Shown here: positions 18,944 to 27,913 of the stretch, in pieces
How positions within the stretch are numbered: the first letter of the stretch is position 1
Layout: each line of letters opens with the position of its first letter
Source of the DNA: a virus
Lineage: Duplodnaviria > Caudoviricetes
Virus record (IMG/VR): IMGVR_UViG_3300032328_000860
Coordinates: 1 to 64,000 of that record
DNA length: 64,000 bases
Strand: one strand, 5' to 3'
Notes under the pieces: generated by a model
What the model saw: only the letters and a program-made list of their open reading frames with translations
Told to the model about the DNA's origin: nothing
The model's database searches: none
Program-made: the position numbers and the translations under genes

Positions 18944-19418
18944 AGAAGAATTGCATCACTGGGATAAAATCTTAGACGAATATGAACAGAGCATATCAAT
19001 GCCGTCCTATAATAATATAGGAGGAGTTCCAGAAACAGAGATAAATAATTATTTGAGTATGAGTAGGGATGAGTTAGAAAAATTATCACCAGAAGATTGT
19101 GCTCAAATAGCGTATAGATTATCTCAGTTTTCTTTCCATATTCAAAGAACCCTTAATAGAGAAATAGCCAGACATAACTGGTCAGAAGAAACCATTAAAG
19201 ATACTATAGCCGATGAGATCAATAATTACAAGGGATATGGTTATATCGAGAAGTCTTTGCAAGCTATAAAACATAATGATAAAGCTAACTCATTAAATGC
19301 TATAAAAAAATATGCCAAACAAAGAATAGATAGACTATCTTATATAGCTAATTCTCTAAAAAATTTATCCGATATTATGCTTAATATACAAAAAACAAAG
19401 GTGAAACATGGATCCTAA
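18924..19418 (+). CDS. Hypothetical helical/coiled-coil protein
   Basis: 164-aa ORF within the recA-dnaB operon. Confidence 0.6.
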   Translation: MNNKTSKEELHHWDKILDEYEQSISMPSYNNIGGVPETEINNYLSMSRDELEKLSPEDCAQIAYRLSQFSFHIQRTLNREIARHNWSEETIKDTIADEINNYKGYGYIEKSLQAIKHNDKANSLNAIKKYAKQRIDRLSYIANSLKNLSDIMLNIQKTKVKHGS

Positions 19419-19848
19419 AGAAATATTAAACAATCCCGAACAGATCAGAAATTTAATAGCGGTATTACAGGCTCTACTGCCAACGAATAATGATGATGAC
19501 GATCATGATAATGATCAAGTCCACACACCAACACCAGATCCCGTAGAAACCAAGTCTCGTACACATAATATCAAAACTAAAACTAGACGCAGAGTTGGTA
19601 GTGGTAGCAATGATACTACAAACAATATCAATAAATTTGACCAGATGACCGAGGCTCGCATGCACAAAGATGACGGACAAATAGATAAACTTCTTAGTAA
19701 GCATCCTCCAGTAGCTAGAATGAGAGATTTTGAGCCTATGGATGTTGTCTGTAGGGTGTGTGGAAAAAAAGAAACTGTAAGTCCCACCCTTGTGTTCGAG
19801 GGCGCTTCACGCTATAAGTGTAATAACTGTTCCACGCAAGCAGGATGA
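19408..19848 (+). CDS. Hypothetical protein with C-terminal Zn ribbon
   Basis: CRVCG...CNNC. Confidence 0.6.
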   Translation: MDPKEILNNPEQIRNLIAVLQALLPTNNDDDDHDNDQVHTPTPDPVETKSRTHNIKTKTRRRVGSGSNDTTNNINKFDQMTEARMHKDDGQIDKLLSKHPPVARMRDFEPMDVVCRVCGKKETVSPTLVFEGASRYKCNNCSTQAG

Positions 19849-19861
19849 AAGAATTCATTTT

Positions 19862-21328
19862 ATGATTTTATGTGATCCGTCAGCAGAAAGAGCTGTACTT
19901 AGCGGCATACTCAAATATGGAGAGGATGCCTTTTTCGACATATCAGACATAGTAAAAGAATCTACTTTCAGTATTGATAGTAACCAAATCTTATTCCGAT
20001 GTCTTAAGAATATCTGTGATAAAACACCAAAACCTACTATAGATATAGCATCAGTCTATTCTTCTGCCCAAGAGTTGGAGCTATCTCATGTTCTATCTAA
20101 GAAAGAGGAAGCCCAACACTTAAAAGCAATTTTTGATTTTCCAGTACATTTAGAGAATGTTAGAAAATTTGCTGGTAAAATTAAGAAATTAGAAATTGCT
20201 AGAATGCTTCATAAAGAAATGGAGTCTATTCAGGAGCAACTATTGGACGTAAATGGTAGTGAATCTTTATCTAATATTATTAGTATAGCAGAAAATGCTA
20301 TTTTTGATTTTACTGGATCTCTCTCCAATGACGATACCGCTCCTGCGGCAATGTCAAAAGATATTGATTCTTATATGGAGTATTTACAAAGTAATAAAGT
20401 AGATCAAATAGGTATATCTACAGGTTTTCCTGCGTATGATCAGGCTATAGGAGGAGGACTACGAAAAGGAACAGTAAATGTTATTGCTGCCAGACCAAAA
20501 GTTGGTAAAACTTTGTTATCAGACAATATGGGTTATCATATAGCTAGTAAATTACAAATTCCTGTATTAAACATGGATACAGAAATGACTAAAGAAGACC
20601 ATGTTCATAGAATACTAGCAATGTCTTCCGAAATAGAAATTTCTAAGATTGAAACAGGTAAATTTACGGACACACCCAGTAATCTTAGTAAGATCCAAAA
20701 AGCAGTTGGAGATTTGAAGAGCAGTAAATTATTTCATAAAAGTATTGCCGGAAAATCTTTCGAAGAACAACTATCTTTAATGAGAAGATGGATTATTAAA
20801 GAGGTTGGACTAAACACAGACGGCACAGCAAAAGACTGTGTAATTATATATGATTATTTGAAGCTTATGGATTCTGCTGGATTGTCTCAAGACATGAAAG
20901 AGTATCAAATACTAGGATTTATGATGACTTCGTTACATAATTTTGCTATTAAGTACAAAATACCAATATTAGCTTTTATTCAATTAAATAGAGACGGCAT
21001 AACAAAAGAGAGCACTGATACTGCCTCTGGCTCTGATAGAATTATTTGGCTATGTAGTAATTTTACTATTTTTAAGCGCAAATCCGATGAAGAAATAGCC
21101 GAAGACGGATCAGAGTCTGGTAACCGTAAACTAGTACCATTAATTAGTCGTCACGGAGGAGGCTTAGATGATAACGATTATATTAATTGTCATATGAAGG
21201 GCTGGTGCGCTAAGATTACAGAGGGTAAGACCAGATTAGAACTTATGAATAATACCAAGTCCAATAAAGGCGGATTTATAATTAACGATGATAATATCAA
21301 TGAACAAGAAGAAATCCCGTTCGTATGA
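19862..21328 (+). CDS. dnaB: Replicative DNA helicase DnaB
   Basis: AERAVLS, GISTGF..D, AARPKVGKT, TEM, IYDYL, QLNR and SRHG; likely ATG at 19862. Confidence 0.93.
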   Translation: MILCDPSAERAVLSGILKYGEDAFFDISDIVKESTFSIDSNQILFRCLKNICDKTPKPTIDIASVYSSAQELELSHVLSKKEEAQHLKAIFDFPVHLENVRKFAGKIKKLEIARMLHKEMESIQEQLLDVNGSESLSNIISIAENAIFDFTGSLSNDDTAPAAMSKDIDSYMEYLQSNKVDQIGISTGFPAYDQAIGGGLRKGTVNVIAARPKVGKTLLSDNMGYHIASKLQIPVLNMDTEMTKEDHVHRILAMSSEIEISKIETGKFTDTPSNLSKIQKAVGDLKSSKLFHKSIAGKSFEEQLSLMRRWIIKEVGLNTDGTAKDCVIIYDYLKLMDSAGLSQDMKEYQILGFMMTSLHNFAIKYKIPILAFIQLNRDGITKESTDTASGSDRIIWLCSNFTIFKRKSDEEIAEDGSESGNRKLVPLISRHGGGLDDNDYINCHMKGWCAKITEGKTRLELMNNTKSNKGGFIINDDNINEQEEIPFV

Positions 21329-22481
21329 TCAAGCACAATTAAAAAATCTATCAGATTTATTGTGTGATGATATTGAAAACCTATTGAATAGTTTAGAGAT
21401 ACAAGACTTTAAACTAATGGATAAAATGGTTTCTATGTCTTGTCCTATTCATGGGGGAGACAATGGTTCAGCATTTAATCTATACCATCAAGGAGACTCT
21501 TATAGAGGCAACTGGAAATGTAGAACACATAATTGTGAACAAATTTTTAAATCTTCTATCTTAGGTTTTATTAGAGGCTGTTTATCTAGAAATGAAGGAT
21601 GGTCTAAGCTAGGAGACCCAATAGTATCTTTTAATCAGGCGCTACAATACGCTATAGATTTTTCTAAATATGATCCGGCATCAGTTAAAATATCCAGAAA
21701 ACATAAAGAAAAGTCTGCTTTTGTTAATACTATTAAGCACGTTGGGGACTCTTTGCATAAAGAACTCAACACTTCAAACGGCAATATTCCAAAAATACCT
21801 AGACAGTCTGTAATAAGAGCATTAAAAATTCCTTCATCATATTTTATAGACAGAGGTTTTTCGTCCGAAATATTAATCAAATACGATGTGGGAGATTGCA
21901 TAGATACAACCAAAGAAATGTTCGATAGAGCAGTAGTGCCTGTGTATGATACTTCCGGACAGTTTATGGTAGGATGTACAGGACGAAGCGTTTTCAATAA
22001 ACATGAAGCGTGTGGTTGTTATCATAATGTGAATAAAGATTGTCCACGAGACACAGATCAGTGGAAGCACTCTAAATGGAAACATAATAAAAACTTTAAG
22101 ACACAAGATCATTTATATAACTTTTGGTATGCTCAAAAATATATAGAAAAATCTAAAACGGTTATTATTGTAGAAAGTCCGGGCAATGTTTGGCGTCTCG
22201 AAGAAGCAGGAATACATAATTCGGTAGCAATATTTGGATCATCTATGCATCAAAAACAAAAGATGCTGCTCGACATATCTGGAGCAATGTCTATTATTAC
22301 TATAATGGATAATGATGATGCTGGCAGGGCGGCTGCGGCAAATATAGAGTCCAAATGCAGTAGAACATATAATGTATACCATTTATCTTTAGAGCATTCA
22401 GATGTTGCCGAAATGACTGTAGATGAGGTAAAAAATATTATTATTCCACAACTAAATATTCATGAAAGTATTATATGCTAA
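21300..22481 (+). CDS. dnaG: DNA primase (DnaG-like)
   Basis: Zn-binding CPIH..WKC..C, GCTGR, TOPRIM IVESPGNV and MDNDDAG. Confidence 0.88.
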   Translation: MNKKKSRSYDQAQLKNLSDLLCDDIENLLNSLEIQDFKLMDKMVSMSCPIHGGDNGSAFNLYHQGDSYRGNWKCRTHNCEQIFKSSILGFIRGCLSRNEGWSKLGDPIVSFNQALQYAIDFSKYDPASVKISRKHKEKSAFVNTIKHVGDSLHKELNTSNGNIPKIPRQSVIRALKIPSSYFIDRGFSSEILIKYDVGDCIDTTKEMFDRAVVPVYDTSGQFMVGCTGRSVFNKHEACGCYHNVNKDCPRDTDQWKHSKWKHNKNFKTQDHLYNFWYAQKYIEKSKTVIIVESPGNVWRLEEAGIHNSVAIFGSSMHQKQKMLLDISGAMSIITIMDNDDAGRAAAANIESKCSRTYNVYHLSLEHSDVAEMTVDEVKNIIIPQLNIHESIIC

Positions 22482-23197
22482 TATTGGGAATTTCTGGACG
22501 CAAACAATCAGGGAAAACTACTACAGGTAATTTTATTTTATCATTATATCTGTCTAAACTACAATTTAGTGACAAAATATATATAGACGATTATGGTCAA
22601 CCAGTAGTATCTGATATACTTGGCAATGCCGCCTACAGCGGAGTATTTGACCCTAATAATCTGCCACAAGACGATGATACAAGGTATCTTGTTTCTAAAC
22701 TAAATAGCCAGATCAAGATTTATAATTTTGCAGATATCTTAAAGACCGATATATGTATAAATATACTAGGACTAACTAAGGAACAATGTTATGGATCAGA
22801 TGACAAAAAAAATGAATTAACAGATATGTTTTGGGAAGAAAAACAATTGTCTTGTAGGGATGTAATGCAAACTGTTGGTACTGATATATTTCGTAAATTA
22901 GATCCTAATGTTTGGGTAAGATCCACCATATCAAAAATTATGAAAGAATCGCCCGAATTAGCATTAGTTACAGATTGCAGATTCCCAAATGAAATAGAAG
23001 CTATAAAAAATGTTGGCGGAAAAGTTCTTAGATTAACAAGAAATCCTTTTAATTCTGATCATATTAGTGAAACTATCTTAGATAAAGACAAGTATGATTG
23101 GTCTAATTTTGATTTTGTAATAGATAATGACAAAATGTCTTTGTATGACCAATTAGTAGAAACCAAACAACTTTTGGAGCAAATATTAGATATATGA
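22475..23197 (+). CDS. Deoxynucleoside monophosphate kinase
   Basis: GISGRKQSGKTT, FAD.LK, RDVMQ.VGTD.FR, DCRFPNE and HISE. Confidence 0.88.
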   Translation: MLILGISGRKQSGKTTTGNFILSLYLSKLQFSDKIYIDDYGQPVVSDILGNAAYSGVFDPNNLPQDDDTRYLVSKLNSQIKIYNFADILKTDICINILGLTKEQCYGSDDKKNELTDMFWEEKQLSCRDVMQTVGTDIFRKLDPNVWVRSTISKIMKESPELALVTDCRFPNEIEAIKNVGGKVLRLTRNPFNSDHISETILDKDKYDWSNFDFVIDNDKMSLYDQLVETKQLLEQILDI

Positions 23198-25179
23198 TAA
23201 TTACATATTTTCGTAGTTCTAGCTATAATACACACAGTATGTGTGAACAACAATTCTTTGCAGAATATGTTTTAGGTTGGCGTGGTCCATCCGGACAAAA
23301 AGCAGACAAAGGAACTATTGTACATAAGGTACTAGAAATACTAGCGATTATTAGAAAGTCCGAACAAGACAAGATCGATACTTTTGAAGATGATGTTGTA
23401 GGCACAGTATCAATACATAACTATAATTTAAATACAATCATAGAAAAAGTATATAAATACTATACAGAAAAAACAACACACCATAAGTGGTCAATCAAAG
23501 ATTATAAAGATTGTCATGCGTGGGTTTATAAGGCGATAGAATTTAATAATGGGATGTTTGATCCTAGAAACAGAAATATTCTGTGTCCAGAGCAGCATTT
23601 TGATTTTGAAATTAAAAAACCTTGGTCCAAATACTCGTATAATATTGACGAACAAACAATAGAAGGCAATTTAGCTCTCAAAGGCACAATAGATTTGATT
23701 ACATTAGTAAATGATAATACCATAGAAATTATAGACTGGAAAGGATTACCAATAAACACTTCTTTACCAACACCTAATGGATGGACAACTATGGGAGAAG
23801 TTTTGGTGGGAGATAAGGTTTTTGACCAATATGGTCATCAATGTTCTGTTATTGGAAAATCTAAAGTAAAAACCAAAGATTGTTATAGAATAACATTTGA
23901 TGATAAAACATCAGTAGTTTGTGACGATGAACACTTATGGAAATTGAGTAGTGGAGAAACAGTTTGTGTTACAGAACTAAATAATGGTGATACTATAAAT
24001 GTTTGTAAGCCATTAATTTGTGATGATATTGAATTACCAATAGAACCATATTTATTAGGAGTATGGCTAGGAGATGGGAGAAATAGACAGTGTGAACTGA
24101 GTGGAAATGATATAGAGATTTTTGAAGAAATAGAAAAGCGTGGATATAAACTTGGTAAAATATGTTCTGACAAAAGATCCAATAATAAAACTGTAACAGT
24201 TTTGAAAACGAAAGATAAATTACGCTCACTTAACTTATTGAATAACAAACATATTCCAGAAATATTTTTTAGAGCCTCTTTTAATCAAAGATTAGATTTA
24301 TTGAGAGGACTTATGGATACTGACGGAAACATTAATACAAAACGAAAGCAAGCGGTCTTTACGTCTTGCAATAGAAGATTATCTAATGATGTTAAACACC
24401 TACTCTTAACACTAGGACAAAGACCTAATCAAAGCTTTATAAATAGAAATACTAATTTCAAAAATGATGTTAATATTTTTCCAATAGCATTTAGGCCAAT
24501 AAATCTAAATCCATTTTTACTATCCAGAAAAGCGGACAAAGTTGATGTTAATTGGGGGTCTGGCAGATCTAGTGTTAGACGAATAGTAAGTATAGAAAAA
24601 TCTATAACACAAAAAACTCAATGCATATCTGTAGATAGTCCAGACAATACTTATTTATGTACAGAAAATTTTATTCCAACACATAATACAGGCAGAAGAT
24701 TAGATTGGGCCACTGGACAGGAAAAAACTATTGAAAAACTGGAAAAAGATCCTCAGCTAAGAATCTATCATTATGCTATCAAACACTTATATCCTCATAT
24801 CGAGAATATTATGTTCTCTATTTATTTTATTAATGATGGCGGTCCATTCTCTATATGTTTTCACGATAAAGATTTGAATGATACCGAAAATATGATTAGG
24901 CAAAAATTTGAAGCTATTAAGTCTACTAAAAAACCTAAACTAAGTAAAAGTTGGATGTGTAGTAAATTGTGTCATTTTGGCAAAACAACATTCCAAAATA
25001 CTCATATTGAGCCTATCGTAGAATACAGAGATGGACAAGCATGCGGAATTGGGCAGTCTATGACCAAATGTGAGCAAATTAAACACGATCTTGACTTATA
25101 TGGTATCGACACTACAATGGGTCTGTACAAACATCCCAATCACGTCATAGGTTCATATAAGGCTCCCGGATCGGTATGA
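23194..25179 (+). CDS. PD-(D/E)xK exonuclease (Cas4/AddB-like) containing an intein
   Basis: SS.....C, GTIVHKVLE, E, LKGTIDLI, IIDWK|TG, QLRIY and a C-terminal Cys cluster. Confidence 0.85.
   Translation: MIITYFRSSSYNTHSMCEQQFFAEYVLGWRGPSGQKADKGTIVHKVLEILAIIRKSEQDKIDTFEDDVVGTVSIHNYNLNTIIEKVYKYYTEKTTHHKWSIKDYKDCHAWVYKAIEFNNGMFDPRNRNILCPEQHFDFEIKKPWSKYSYNIDEQTIEGNLALKGTIDLITLVNDNTIEIIDWKGLPINTSLPTPNGWTTMGEVLVGDKVFDQYGHQCSVIGKSKVKTKDCYRITFDDKTSVVCDDEHLWKLSSGETVCVTELNNGDTINVCKPLICDDIELPIEPYLLGVWLGDGRNRQCELSGNDIEIFEEIEKRGYKLGKICSDKRSNNKTVTVLKTKDKLRSLNLLNNKHIPEIFFRASFNQRLDLLRGLMDTDGNINTKRKQAVFTSCNRRLSNDVKHLLLTLGQRPNQSFINRNTNFKNDVNIFPIAFRPINLNPFLLSRKADKVDVNWGSGRSSVRRIVSIEKSITQKTQCISVDSPDNTYLCTENFIPTHNTGRRLDWATGQEKTIEKLEKDPQLRIYHYAIKHLYPHIENIMFSIYFINDGGPFSICFHDKDLNDTENMIRQKFEAIKSTKKPKLSKSWMCSKLCHFGKTTFQNTHIEPIVEYRDGQACGIGQSMTKCEQIKHDLDLYGIDTTMGLYKHPNHVIGSYKAPGSV
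23743..24687 (+). mobile_element. Class-3-type intein (315 aa, starts with Gly) with LAGLIDADG endonuclease
   Basis: GLPINTSLPTPNG, CDDEHLW, PYLLGVWLGDG, LRGLMDTDG, TQCISV and IPTHN|T. Confidence 0.88.
25091..25118 (+). promoter_or_regulatory. Sigma70-like promoter TTGACT-N16-TACAAT
   Basis: About 58 nt upstream of the dnaE N-half start. Confidence 0.55.
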
Positions 25180-27041
25180 TTAAAAATTATTCTGTATTGC
25201 ACTGCCATTCTCACTACAGTCTGTTAGATGGTATAAGTAAGCCACATCAAATTGGAGACAGATGTACTAGCATAGGAGTATCGTCTTGTGCTATTACTGA
25301 TCATGGATCAATTTCTGGTTGTGTTCAATTTTATCAGGCTATGAAAACAAGAAAAATAAAACCTATACTAGGATGTGAACTATATATCAGTACTGATAGT
25401 GCTACTAATAAGACTAAAGACAATAGTAAACTAAGTCACTTTCTTATTATAGCTAAAAATTTATCTGGATGGCATACTTTGATCAAAATAGTATCCGAAT
25501 CCAATAAAGAAGAATATTTTTATCATAAGCCAAGATTAAGCATGGATATATTGGCTGATTTGTTAGATGGCAATATTATAGGCTACTGTGGACATTTAGG
25601 ATCCACATTATCAGATCTAGCACACCATTCTGGTGGAGATATTAAACAATGTTCTGACTATATCTACAGAATGAAAGAAATATTTGGTCCTGAAAATTTC
25701 TTTTTAGAAGCACAATTAATGGATCAAGAGTTTAGTCCAGAACAAAAAGATATGACCGACTTTATGAGAAATCTATCTCATAAAACACAAACTAAAATTA
25801 TTGCAACTCCGGACGCTCATTATTGTGAGAAAAAAGATGCTATTGATCAAAGAATTTTATTATGTAATAATCTAAAGACGACATTAATAGATATCAATAA
25901 GAAGATTTTGGCTGGTCAAGATGTGCCTATGAGCTGTTTTTTTAAATCAGAAAATTTCCATATTCCAGACAGTATCGAAATGAATGGATGGCATACGGAA
26001 GAAGAAATAGAAAACACTAACTACATTAGTAGTATGTGTGAGGAATACGACATACTTAATAAGCCTATGTTGCCCACTTTTCTATGTCCAAATAATAATG
26101 CTCCGGATGAATATTTAAGACAATTATGTCGTAATGGATGGAAAGATAAAATAAAAGACGTTATTCCAGAATCAGAACATCACATCTACATAGATAGAAT
26201 CAAGTTTGAATTAGACATTTTGCAAAAGGCTGGTCTGTCTAGCTATTTTCTTATTGTTCAAGATATTGTCGAATATGTTAAGAATAATAACTGGTTACCT
26301 GGACCAGGACGAGGTAGTGCTGCCGGTTGTTTAGTCTCTTATTTGATAGGCATTACACAAATTAATCCGATCAAGTATGATTTATTATTTGAACGATTTT
26401 ATAATGAGGGCAGAAATACCGCCGATCACATATCTATGCCAGATATAGACGTAGACGTACCAATTAATAAAAGAGAATATGTTATAGACTATATTAAAGA
26501 AAAATATGGTAGAGATAAGGTATCGCAAATGATTACTTTTAATACTATGAAAGGTAGAGGTGCTCTCAAAGAGGTACTTAGAGTATATGGTAATATTTCT
26601 TTTGAAGAAATGAATAGAATCACCAAATATATACCAGACGAGTCTAAAATAGCAGACGAGCTGCAAGAAATGAAGGAAGATACCGGAGAGTCTTCTATTA
26701 TACGGTGGGCGTTAGAGAATAACGTTGACAAACTCAAAGAATGGTGCTATATATCTGATGACGGTTCTTTGGCGGGTCCATTGGCAAAAAGATTTGAACA
26801 AGCCATACGTCTTGAAGGCACTAAATCTAATCAATCTAAACATGCAGCCGGTGTAGTTATTAGTAAAGAAAGTCTTGGTTCTGTGTGTCCTATGATCTAC
26901 GATGCTAAAAATAAGCAAAATATCGCGGGTATGGAAATGCAGGATTTAGAGAGCCTTGGTTTAATCAAGTTTGATATATTAGGAGTAGCTATGTTGGATA
27001 AAATTATGGCCGTATCAGAAACTCTTAAAAATGGAGAATAA
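25176..27041 (+). CDS. dnaE: DNA polymerase III alpha, N-terminal half (PHP + palm/thumb)
   Basis: LHCHSHYSLLDG, TDHG, GPGRGSAAG, LLFERF, MPDIDVD, HAAGVVIS and GLIKFDILG, followed by a stop. Confidence 0.93.
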   Translation: MIKNYSVLHCHSHYSLLDGISKPHQIGDRCTSIGVSSCAITDHGSISGCVQFYQAMKTRKIKPILGCELYISTDSATNKTKDNSKLSHFLIIAKNLSGWHTLIKIVSESNKEEYFYHKPRLSMDILADLLDGNIIGYCGHLGSTLSDLAHHSGGDIKQCSDYIYRMKEIFGPENFFLEAQLMDQEFSPEQKDMTDFMRNLSHKTQTKIIATPDAHYCEKKDAIDQRILLCNNLKTTLIDINKKILAGQDVPMSCFFKSENFHIPDSIEMNGWHTEEEIENTNYISSMCEEYDILNKPMLPTFLCPNNNAPDEYLRQLCRNGWKDKIKDVIPESEHHIYIDRIKFELDILQKAGLSSYFLIVQDIVEYVKNNNWLPGPGRGSAAGCLVSYLIGITQINPIKYDLLFERFYNEGRNTADHISMPDIDVDVPINKREYVIDYIKEKYGRDKVSQMITFNTMKGRGALKEVLRVYGNISFEEMNRITKYIPDESKIADELQEMKEDTGESSIIRWALENNVDKLKEWCYISDDGSLAGPLAKRFEQAIRLEGTKSNQSKHAAGVVISKESLGSVCPMIYDAKNKQNIAGMEMQDLESLGLIKFDILGVAMLDKIMAVSETLKNGE

Positions 27042-27043
27042 TC

Positions 27044-27223
27044 ATGGAGAGAACTTTTAAAGAATTAATTGTTGGTACAAAGTTTACTGTAAATAATGTG
27101 GAATATATTAAAACAGAACCGGTAAGAGTTAGTTGCTGTCGATCTATCAACTGTCAAGTAGCTAACGATCCCGGTCAAAAAACCTTTTTTCCAGATGAGG
27201 CTGTAGTAACTATCAATGGCTAA
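27044..27223 (+). CDS. Small Cys-containing hypothetical protein (59 aa), absent from the ORF track
   Basis: GGAG upstream; ATG at 27044 to TAA at 27223; MERTFKELIVGTKF..SCCRSINC..DEAVVTING; fills the gap exactly. Confidence 0.6.
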   Translation: MERTFKELIVGTKFTVNNVEYIKTEPVRVSCCRSINCQVANDPGQKTFFPDEAVVTING

Positions 27224-27908
27224 TTTCCAAAAAATTTGTGTTTTTGATTTAGAAACGGATGGGTCTAATCCAGATATTTGTAGTCCAGTGCAGATAGCTG
27301 CCGTAATGGTTGATCCTGTTAGATTAGAAATCATAAAAGATTCAGAATTTAACATTATGATTAAACCAGATGCTTTAGAAAATGACTCAAGCTATAATTA
27401 CGGAGATTCTGATATATTGGACTTTCATGCCAAGGTTAGGTCATCTACAAAAGACAAGATCTTGGCTAGTTGGCTAGAATATCCGAAGCAAGATCACAGT
27501 TGGAATATGTTTGTTTCATATTTAGATATGTATCATATTAGATCTTCTAATAAAAGTTGCTTTACTGCACCTATTGCAGCCGGATATAATATCAATAGAT
27601 TTGATTTACGAATTACAGAACGACTGAGTAAAAAATATAACAATCTCAATAAAGAAGGCAGGTCCTCTCTATTTTATCCTAGAGACGTTATAGATATCAT
27701 GAATCTTGTCTTTTATTGGTTTGAAGGAAATAACGAACTCAAAAACTATACTCTAGATAATCTTAGAGATTATTTAGGAATAAATAAAGACGGGGCGCAC
27801 GATGCTTTAAAAGACGTACAAGATAGTGCTAATATTTTGATTCGTTTTTTAAAGCTACATCGCAATATGTCTAAAAAAATTAAGTTCAAATCTTCTTTTA
27901 ATCTATAG
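27216..27908 (+). CDS. DEDDh 3'-5' exonuclease (DnaQ/epsilon-like)
   Basis: FDLETDG (ExoI), GYN..RFD (ExoII) and AHDALKD (ExoIII). Confidence 0.9.
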   Translation: MANFQKICVFDLETDGSNPDICSPVQIAAVMVDPVRLEIIKDSEFNIMIKPDALENDSSYNYGDSDILDFHAKVRSSTKDKILASWLEYPKQDHSWNMFVSYLDMYHIRSSNKSCFTAPIAAGYNINRFDLRITERLSKKYNNLNKEGRSSLFYPRDVIDIMNLVFYWFEGNNELKNYTLDNLRDYLGINKDGAHDALKDVQDSANILIRFLKLHRNMSKKIKFKSSFNL

Positions 27909-27913
27909 GATTT

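Noticed and set aside
23194-25179. Cas4-like nuclease as evidence of CRISPR-Cas
   Set aside because: It is a solo PD-(D/E)xK nuclease in a replication operon, with no array or other cas genes.
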